This document shows, in pieces, positions 37,901 through 45,030 of a stretch of DNA of 64,000 nucleotides. Every line of letters starts with the position of its first letter. Position 1 is the first letter of the stretch. The position numbers and the translations under genes were made by a program. The DNA lies in the NCBI GenBank assembly GCA_963665095.1, contig OY762069.1, forward strand, positions 5,408,001-5,472,000, given 5' to 3'. The notes under the pieces were generated by a model. It was not told where the DNA came from. It did no database searches and saw nothing but the letters and a program-made list of their open reading frames with translations. This stretch comes from an uncultured Desulfobacter sp. (GTDB taxonomy: Bacteria > Desulfobacterota > Desulfobacteria > Desulfobacterales > Desulfobacteraceae).

Positions 37901-38303
37901 ATTGGAATCCAGCAATCTGCAAGACCAGGCGCTTGAGGTATACACCCGGGCGGCAGACCTGTGCCGCGGGGAATACTTCATGGACGACCCTTATTTTGAG
38001 GGGGCGGCCGGCATCCGGGAAACAATGCTGGCCCGGCAGATTGAAATCCTGGAAAAAAAGGCGCGCCTGCATGAGGAGCTGGACCAGTGGCAAGGTGCTG
38101 TGGATGCCTGGCTGGCCCTGCTTGATTTGGACCCCTGTTCGGAAAAGGCATTCAGAAACCTGATGATCCTCCATGCGGACAAGGGCCTGAAACACAGGGC
38201 ACTGGAATTTTATACCCAGTGCTGTGCCCGGCTGGAAACAGAACTTGATGCCAAACCGGAACAAAGAACCCAGGCAGTGCATCAGAAAATTATGAGGCTA
38301 TAA
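34983..38303 (+). CDS. MalT-like STAND ATPase / TPR regulator with C-terminal winged-helix and BTAD (SARP-type) domains
   Basis: RPRL, Walker A GQAAQGKST, IVLDD, TEGWP.GL; C-terminal IRTLGGF, LWPD......NLKV.LHRLRK.L, DP..E...R.LM. Confidence 0.85.
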   Translation: MTGRFHIPDVSRAVERPRLFNLMDRDPGVRLFLVTGQAAQGKSTLVASYLAGKAQATLWFHLTQEVSGHTSLFELITTGLREELNIFMAHPVQATLGAREDLLRQCDILASLLTEISFPLNIVLDDLEAFDDNATAFSLIQALLDRHFDMVRFFLLSRTMPRISFSPLKMERRFLTLENRDLAFDREEIRMFFRHGIKAHDDTFSTGMAGKQLDDELIRQIHEITEGWPGGLALVSENLRRSGDVGKLPRQMSAGAFSFFSDEIYSNLSGPVRDFLMKTAVFDLLDTRILNEFFGNQDTVGILRQLDSRNLFIQKIDPDPQWPVYKYNRLFREFLFSDLTRYMDPKAIEELERRAGLIFWEEKRHEEAAGHFVRAKAFKELARLIRIKGTGYVVTGQAMGLSGWLKRMPKAMVDEDPWLMFFCAMTQRIKGGRKNYEDLIRARNLFEETEDTRGLILSTAFIIEASVFIRKPSHRIADWIGKGQAILKGRKGNRKYTWARAILWQHIGLGYIAGTGDLPMGISACRNAVLLARGIGNQDLLLNASIVMILGLVQTGDFHQAGMMLKEIKTISKKSPHPEYRALQRLTRLDYDLKMGLFDRAGRLLEDSQADIDTFGLIFLYPGFVEARALFFAGTRDFRQALLTADHLSDFSILEGNNFYLGISHRLKSMVHILEHNYAQALEQAELAVKELGGAKRGDIHYFLTKKVFGTALFHNGQFEAAMGELLAAMAYFEKVSSDLDFCEAAFMAGLSCWLNNDAALAGNLLEAAAEKALENHYTYFPLVGHKQIARGLVILAMAGKNDLAQSCLAAGDTGALGKQVREEISKVLDSLPASKQAGQADAFRALYRASLPLIRIRTLGGFSIGIGDKVLDNSAFGGAKPKLLLKTIILNRLNDIPGEILIDGLWPDASSVAGEKNLKVNLHRLRKALEPAPDKRLGYFYVIHKAGLVSLDPDLVDLDTIQLSRLTAEARELESSNLQDQALEVYTRAADLCRGEYFMDDPYFEGAAGIRETMLARQIEILEKKARLHEELDQWQGAVDAWLALLDLDPCSEKAFRNLMILHADKGLKHRALEFYTQCCARLETELDAKPEQRTQAVHQKIMRL

Positions 38304-38307
38304 CAGG

Positions 38308-38595
38308 ATGGTAATTGGTACAGGGCAAATCAAACTCAGGCTTTTTGACGTGCATTCTCTTAAGGCCAAACGGTCCATTGTTAAATCCATGATATCCAGA
38401 CTTCAGAACCGGTTTAACATCAGCGTGGCTGAAACCGGTCTCAATGACAGCCATGAGTGGGCAGAGATCGGATTTGCACTGGTTGGAAACGATGCCCGGA
38501 CAATTAACTCCAAGGTGGACAAGGTGTTTAATCTGGCTGAGGAATCAGGGCTTGCCGTGATTGCCGACACCCACATGGAAATTATTCATTTATAA
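38308..38595 (+). CDS. DUF503 (YlxP-like) protein
   Basis: HSLKAKRSIVKS...RLQNRFNISVAE. Confidence 0.85.
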   Translation: MVIGTGQIKLRLFDVHSLKAKRSIVKSMISRLQNRFNISVAETGLNDSHEWAEIGFALVGNDARTINSKVDKVFNLAEESGLAVIADTHMEIIHL

Positions 38596-38677
38596 GACAG
38601 ACTGCAGGGCACTGCAGGCAGGTGCGTGTCTAATATTTAAATTTTTTCTGACAGGTAACGGTGTTACATGGCGCCTG

Positions 38678-39313
38678 TTAAGGGCAGTTTTTCATGGCGT
38701 TTATAATCATGCCAAGTTCCGGTCTGACATTAATGTCCGAGACATGAATGAACTGGATTATTCCCTGTTTGTCCACCAGGAAAAGGGCCCGTTCTGCTGT
38801 GCCGTCCGAGCGCAGCACCCCGTAGGTGTCGCTGACTTTTCCGTGGGGCCAGAAATCTGAGAGTACCGGGAACCATAAGCCGTTCATCTCCCGGGTCCAG
38901 GCGTACAGGGTTGGCAGGTTGTCCACGGTGATTCCGAGCAGAACGGTGTCATGGGCCTCAAACAGCGGCTTTGCAATGTTGTATCCCGGCCATTGATCCG
39001 AGCAGACAGGTGTCCAGGCTGCGGGAACAAAGGAGATGAGTACGTTCTTTTTACCGGAGAACTGGCTCAGGCTGACAGAGTTGCCGTCCAGGGAGGGCAG
39101 GGTGAAGTCCGGGGCTTTCTGGCCCAGGCGAACCTTTAATGAGCTGTCCGTTGGTTTTAGCTTGCCCGGATTAAACACTTTGTCTGAGAACGCCGATGAC
39201 CCTGCCCACAGTACCCCGGCTGCGCCCAATAAAAAAATAGAAATACAACAAATCAGACAGCTGTCCAGGAAAAAAAGTTTGTTTCTTTGCATTGTGCTGA
39301 ATCCCCCTGTCAC
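38678..39313 (-). CDS. Exported AhpC/TSA peroxiredoxin-like protein (start possibly 39292)
   Basis: Signal-like N-terminus, GQKAPDFTL, PAAWTPVC, FPVLSDFWPHG, ERALFLVDKQG. Confidence 0.85.
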   Translation of the reverse strand: MTGGFSTMQRNKLFFLDSCLICCISIFLLGAAGVLWAGSSAFSDKVFNPGKLKPTDSSLKVRLGQKAPDFTLPSLDGNSVSLSQFSGKKNVLISFVPAAWTPVCSDQWPGYNIAKPLFEAHDTVLLGITVDNLPTLYAWTREMNGLWFPVLSDFWPHGKVSDTYGVLRSDGTAERALFLVDKQGIIQFIHVSDINVRPELGMIINAMKNCP

Positions 39314-39873
39314 TTAAATTTCCTGCTCGAAGCTGAAATGATGGTGTCCAGAAATTTCTTTGGATCCCCGATATCGCCGGCGTGGGTGAAAAAGACCTGG
39401 AAAGAGCCATCTTTTTGAAGGTTCAGGCCGATGAAAAAGGGGGTTCTTACCTCGCCGATCTTTTTGTGGATGGAGAAATCCGTATCGCTGAACAAAGGGA
39501 ACTTTATCTTGTATTGTTCCTTAAAAAAATCGACCTCAAACGCAGAGTTACCGGCCCCTATGCCGATGAGCTTTACCCTGCGGTCAAGGGACGGACTGTC
39601 TGAAATTTTTGAAAACATCAGATTGATACTGGATGCCTCTCGCTGGCACACCGGGCAGTACATGGAAAAAATTTCAATAATGACGGTATCCGCATCAATC
39701 TGACCCAAACTGAAGGCCTGCCCCGGGCTAACGCCTAAATAGGCGGCCTCTTTGGGGTCGGCGGAAGCTGTCAGGGAAAAGTCCAGCGCCATCTTGCCCT
39801 GGGCATAGAGCCCAATGGGAACCATAAAAAGCAACAGAAGCGCCATCAAAGTAAAACTGGTATTTTTTCTCAT
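39310..39873 (-). CDS. Exported TlpA-like thioredoxin-fold protein
   Basis: Signal peptide, CPVC in SMYCPVCQRE, FPLFSD, cis-Pro loop RTP. Confidence 0.85.
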   Translation of the reverse strand: MRKNTSFTLMALLLLFMVPIGLYAQGKMALDFSLTASADPKEAAYLGVSPGQAFSLGQIDADTVIIEIFSMYCPVCQREASSINLMFSKISDSPSLDRRVKLIGIGAGNSAFEVDFFKEQYKIKFPLFSDTDFSIHKKIGEVRTPFFIGLNLQKDGSFQVFFTHAGDIGDPKKFLDTIISASSRKFK

Positions 39874-39910
39874 GTCATGTCCTAAGAATAAATATCTTGA
39901 TGAAAAAACC

Positions 39911-40822
39911 TTAGAGCCCGTCCGGCCCGGGTACTGGATTTTTGTATCCCCGCTGACCGGCTTTCATGTCCAGGTGCAGGGTGGCGATCTGCTCCAGCCG
40001 GGGGATAAACGCCCGGTTCAGGTGGCGTAAATCCACCACCTTCAGGTAGTTGTGGCAGTTGTCGCACAGGTAGACCCGGTATTCTTTCTCTTTTTCATTG
40101 TAAAAATACTGCAGAAGACGGCTGTCATTGGTTTCACAGGATACACACCCCATGCGCCGGGTGGGCCATTCATGGGCGCACATGCTGCAAAGAAGATAGC
40201 GCCGTCCCTCCTTGTCCAGGTAGCCGGCATTGGGGCGGGAACCGCACACCGGGCAGTATCCTTTTTTCAGGTCCTCGACATCTTTAAGATAGGAGGCCAG
40301 CTGCATGGCACAGGTTTGAAGGGAAGGAGCCATGGAAAGGAAGAGAAAAAACATCAGCTCCTGTAAGGGGATATCGATTTTTTCTGCGGCAGGGACAAGC
40401 GCTTCAGACCGGTTTTCCAGGATATCTGAAAACAGTGGTTTCAGGTCCAGGGCCTCCCCGTTGGTCTCCAGATAATTCGACAGCTTTTGCGCACACTCCG
40501 CTAGTTTGGGTGCCAGATCCAGGGCCAGGCCAATGATTTTTTTCAACAATTTTTCGGCCTGATCCTGATCAATAATAAACTGAGCAGGATCGATCAGGGG
40601 CATGGCATTTTCAAATTTAAGCCGGAGCAGATCCTGTTCAATGGTAATGGGAGAGATATTCAGATCTTTTCGGCTCTCTTCCTGGGCCATGAATACCCTG
40701 GCATAAAAATCAATGATAGGAGCGTACTGGGGTCTTGCCTTTTGAATGAACTCTGCAGCGTGTTGGATGCTTTCCGTTGTGATTTCGGGTCTTGATATAT
40801 CTTGAGCATTGATCATGGGCAT
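39911..40822 (-). CDS. fdhE: Formate dehydrogenase accessory protein FdhE
   Basis: CPVCG, CSMC..EW, CVSC, CDNC..YLK..D, ATLHLD. Confidence 0.9.
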   Translation of the reverse strand: MPMINAQDISRPEITTESIQHAAEFIQKARPQYAPIIDFYARVFMAQEESRKDLNISPITIEQDLLRLKFENAMPLIDPAQFIIDQDQAEKLLKKIIGLALDLAPKLAECAQKLSNYLETNGEALDLKPLFSDILENRSEALVPAAEKIDIPLQELMFFLFLSMAPSLQTCAMQLASYLKDVEDLKKGYCPVCGSRPNAGYLDKEGRRYLLCSMCAHEWPTRRMGCVSCETNDSRLLQYFYNEKEKEYRVYLCDNCHNYLKVVDLRHLNRAFIPRLEQIATLHLDMKAGQRGYKNPVPGPDGL

Positions 40823-40840
40823 AACGACCTCCTTAGTTAA

Positions 40841-40976
40841 TGTTTAAACGCAAAATAGCCTGCCTGCGGCGCTGCTTCACAAAGCGGCCAAATCATAGTC
40901 GGCCTCACGTACTGAAGTACGCTTCTGGTTTCAGCTTTGCTTGCGCCTTAGATCTGGGCAACTTTGCTGCCAAACA
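40841..40976. repeat. Degenerate palindromic intergenic element (REP/MITE-like)
   Basis: Imperfect terminal arms (TGTTT..GCAAA..GCC..GGCGC / GCGCC..GGC..TTTGC..AAACA), inner CAAAGC/GCTTTG, central perfect hairpin CGTACT-GA-AGTACG. Confidence 0.45.
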
Positions 40977-41048
40977 TGGGTTTGCGCAGCCTGTAGTGAT
41001 TTTCAATTAAATAAAAGAACAGTTTTTCCGGCAAAAAACTTAAAGGAT

Positions 41049-41078
41049 TCCGGACAGGGTAAAGCGACCCTGTCCGGA
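41049..41078 (-). terminator. Probable intrinsic terminator or stabilising hairpin after fdhB
   Basis: Perfect 12-bp inverted repeat TCCGGACAGGGT-AAAGCG-ACCCTGTCCGGA, 17 bp after the fdhB stop. Confidence 0.6.
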
Positions 41079-41095
41079 TTAATTATGGCAGAAAT

Positions 41096-41809
41096 TTATA
41101 CCCGCATCAACCTTGCAAATGGACCCATCATTTTACGCAGGGCCACACTTCTGCTGATGCCACCGTGACCGGCCTGGGCCACGGCATATTCAGAATAGAG
41201 TGACGGCTCATGGGCCACCAGATAAATTACGTTGACACTGTCCGTGTCCAGCAGGGCAGCGTTGGGGAACTTCTTTTTTACAATGCCGAGGCGCTTTTCA
41301 GCCAGGGCCACCATCTCTCCCCGGTCACCGAAGTTCATGGCACCGGTGGGGCAGGCCTGGACACAGGCCGGCAGCATGCCGTTGTGAACCCGGTCATTGC
41401 ACATGTCACACTTGGCAAGGGTTCCGTCCTCAGCCTTTCTCGGGATGTTGTAGGGACAGGAGTCAATAATTTCGTCCGGGTCCAGGTTTTTGGTTTCCTT
41501 GGTATATAGGATCGCGCCTGTGGCCGGGTCCTGGTAAATGGCGTCTTCGTCCCCGGCCATTCCCAGGCAGGGCGCATCAACACAATGCCGGCACTGGTCC
41601 GGAAAAAAGAGCCAGTTCAGTTTACCGTCAATAACCTCCTCGTTCATCCGAACCACCTTGTAGGTGATAAAGGAGAGATCCGGCGGATTCTGGAAAGTGC
41701 CCCTGTTTATGGTTTTTTCCGCAGGCAGGTCGTGCCATTGCTTGCAGGCAACCTGGCAGGCCCTGCAGGCGGTACAAATGGTGGTATCAACAAAAAATGC
41801 TTTTGTCAT
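41096..41809 (-). CDS. fdhB: Formate dehydrogenase beta (Fe-S) subunit
   Basis: CTACRACQVAC, CRHCVDAPC, CPY, CDMC...PACVQACP. Confidence 0.92.
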   Translation of the reverse strand: MTKAFFVDTTICTACRACQVACKQWHDLPAEKTINRGTFQNPPDLSFITYKVVRMNEEVIDGKLNWLFFPDQCRHCVDAPCLGMAGDEDAIYQDPATGAILYTKETKNLDPDEIIDSCPYNIPRKAEDGTLAKCDMCNDRVHNGMLPACVQACPTGAMNFGDRGEMVALAEKRLGIVKKKFPNAALLDTDSVNVIYLVAHEPSLYSEYAVAQAGHGGISRSVALRKMMGPFARLMRV

Positions 41810-41825
41810 TTTGATTCTCCTCCCT

Positions 41826-44800
41826 TTAAAGCTTGGTTACATTGACCATAAAGGCCTTGGTTTCCGGGATTCTGGTATTCGGATCCCCGGCCGGAGGTGT
41901 CAGCAGGTTGGCGCTCTCCTCGGTGCCGGTGGCAGGCCACCGCCATCCGAAATGCCAGGGAACACCCACCTGGTGAACCGTGGAATCGCCGATTTTAAAG
42001 GGTTTGAATCGTTTGGTGACAATGGCGGTACACTGAACCGAAGCCCTTGCAGATGTGACATTCACCCGTTCACCGTTTTCAATGCCCCGCAGTTTGGCAA
42101 GCTCTTCGCTCATTTCCACAAACATCTGGGGGGCCAGTTCCATGAGCCAGGACTGGGGACGGGTCATAAGCCCTGTCTGCCAGTGTTCGGAGACCCGGTA
42201 GGTGGTGCCCACAAACGGGAACCTCGGGTCGCAGGTGGCATGGGCATCGGCCTTGGTTGAGTAAACCACGGCTGTGGGGTTGACCATCTGTGAAGAGAGG
42301 AAATTCTTCTCCACCGGGCATTCCAGGGGTTCATAATGCTCAGGAAAGGGACCGTCAGCAAGCCCGGGTCCAAAAATCTGACCATGGCCGTGCTTACGCA
42401 TGATAAAGGGATATTTGGAATCTTCCCGTTTTGATCCGTCCGGATTTTCCATGGGGTACCAGCCGCCGTCGGGCACGTCGCCTGTCCATTTACTGGAGAC
42501 ATACTTGCCGTCTTTAGCCTCGCCGTCAAACCGGATGACCCAGTCCTTTTCATCCCAGGGCCGGCCCTTGGGATCCACAGAGGCGCGGTTGTAGATGATG
42601 CGGCGGTTCACGGGCCAGCACCAGGCAAATTCGGGATAGAGACCGATGTCGTTGGGTGCATCTTTTTGGCCACGTCTTGCGGCCATATTGCCCTTTTCCG
42701 TATATGAGTTGCAGTAGAGCCAGTTGGCTGAAGAGGTGGACCCGTCACTCTGGAGGAAGGCAAAACTGGGGACCAGCGTCCCTTTTTTATAAAGTTTTCC
42801 CTTGATCTCCATATCTTTCAGAAAATATCCGTTGATCTCCTTGGCCATTTTATGGGGGTCGTAAACCCCGTCTGTTTCATAGTCCCATTTCAGGTTGACG
42901 ATAGGATCCGGGAATTTGCCGCCGTTGGCATACTCTTTTTTGATCATATTCCCAAGGTGCATGATAATATCGCCGTCGGGAAGGCTGTTGCCCAAGGGTT
43001 TGGGGCCCTGGTACCGCCATTGCATCCATCTGCCGGAATTGGTAATGGAGCCTTCCTTTTCAACTGAGACACAGGCGGGCAGCATAAATACTTCGGTTTT
43101 TATTTTGGACGGGTCGGTGCCCGGACCATGCCAGAACGAACCGGTTTCATTGTCAAAAATGTTGACATTGACCATCCAGTCCAGATTTTCCATGGACTTT
43201 CTTATTTTTGTGGCATTGGACCCGGAACAGGCCGGATTCTGCCCCCAGGCGAAAAATCCGTTTATTTTTCCCTTATACATTTGGTCAAACAGATCAAACC
43301 ATGAGTAGACACTTCCGTCATCCACCTTGGGCAGCCAGTGATAGCCGAACTGGTTATTCTGATGGGCAGCCTTGCCGAAAAAGGATTTTAAAAGACTGAC
43401 GGAATATTTGGGATAATTCTGCCACCAGTTGGCGGACAGAGGATCATTGCTTTTGGGGGTCCATTTGGCGTTGTAGGCGTCCAGGCTGACATTGGAGGCC
43501 CGGGCCGTTTTCAGATAACCCGGCCAGATGTGCCAGAGCAGGCAGTGGTCCGTTGATCCCTGGACATTGGATTCACCGCGAAGGGCGTTGACCCCGCCGC
43601 CGGCTACGCCCATGTTGCCTAAGAGCAGCTGGATCATGGCCATGGTCCTGATATTCTGGGTGCCCACGGTATGCTGGGTCCAGCCCATGGCGTACATGAT
43701 GGTGCCGGCTTTGCCGCGTTTTCCGGTTTCCGCATAGGTCTTGTACACTTCCACCAGATCTTCTTTGCTGGTGCCGGTAATCTTGGACACTATGTCAAGG
43801 TTGTACCTGGAGTAGTGTTTTTTCAGAAGCTGGAATACACAGCGCTTGTGTTTAAGGGTCCGGTCCATTTTGGGCACACCCTTGTCATCCATATCAAAGG
43901 CCCAGGTAGACTTATCGTAAGATCCTGTGGAGGGACCTTCTTTTTTGCCGGGTTTATATCCGGCAAAAAGCCCGTCTTTAAACCCGAACTGTTTACCCAG
44001 GATAAAGCCTGCATTGGTATAGGCAGCCGTATATTCCTTATTATACAAATCGTTATCAAGGATGTATTTTATCATACCGCCCAGAAAGGCGATATCTGTT
44101 CCCGAGCGTAGGGCCGTGTAAATGTCTGCTTTAGCCGATGTTCTTGTAAACCGCGGGTCCACATTGATGAGCTTGGCGCCCTTTTCCATGGCCTGGGTTA
44201 CATATTTGAATGAAATGGGATGATTTTCGGCAGCGTTGCTGCCCATGATCAGGATACAGTCTGAATTTTTAAGATCAATCCAGTGGTTGGTCATTGCACC
44301 GCGTCCAAACGACTCTGCCAGAGCCGCTACAGTTGCGGAATGTCAGATCCTGGCCTGGTGTTCGACGTAGACAAGCCCCAATGAGCGCATCAGCGCCTGG
44401 TACATCCAGCACTCTTCGTTGTCCATGGCAGCAGAGCCCACGGATGCCATATTGGTCACCCGGTTTACCAGCTGGCCTTTGGCGTTTCTCTCTTCAAAGC
44501 CTTTATCCCGGGTCTCTTTGACTCTTTTAGCGATTCTGTCAAGTGCCCAGTCCCAGGATACGGTTTCCCATTTGTCGGAATACGGTGCCCGGTACATGGG
44601 TTCAAGGAGTCGGTTTTCGTTTTCCGCCAGCTGTTTCAGGGAAGAGCCTTTTGAACACAGGGAGCCCCTGTTGATCACATGATCAGGATCTCCTTCAATG
44701 TTGATCACCCGTCCGTCCCCGCGCTTGCTGGTACTGACAATGGCGCCGCAGCCCACAGCACAATAACAGCAGACTGTGGTGGTCTCTTTGGCATACTTGG

Positions 44801-44918
44801 TTTTGAGCATCTGGGCATGGGTTTTAACCGGTTTCAGGTCAAATCCCAGGCCGCTGACAGCGATGCCCGCTGCGGCTGCCCCTGAAATTTTGATAAACTC
44901 TCTTCGATCAAGTTTCAT
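41826..44918 (-). CDS. fdhA: Selenocysteine-containing Mo/W-bis-PGD formate dehydrogenase alpha subunit (1030 aa), Tat-exported
   Basis: ORFs 44343..44918 and 41826..44294 are in frame through TGA at 44343-44345, giving HQARI-U-HSATVAALAESFGRGAMTNHW; Tat motif RREFIK; CCYCAVGC..C [4Fe-4S]; LRGESNVQG. Confidence 0.95.
44296..44336 (-). promoter_or_regulatory. Bacterial SECIS element
   Basis: mRNA stem GCGGCUCU-GGC-AGAGUCGU with the G-starting apical loop 23 nt after the UGA; plausible lower stem. Confidence 0.8.
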
Positions 44919-45030
44919 CTCACTTACGCCTCCTTTTTAATTTAACCCCCTTGAAAGACCATTTTTAACGCCTTTTCGGCATTACGATGCATGTATCCGA
45001 TTTGGATAGCACAGAGGGGTTACAAAAAAG

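Noticed and set aside
41826..44918. fdhA as a pseudogene or two genes
   Set aside because: The in-frame TGA is at the Sec position and is followed by a SECIS hairpin
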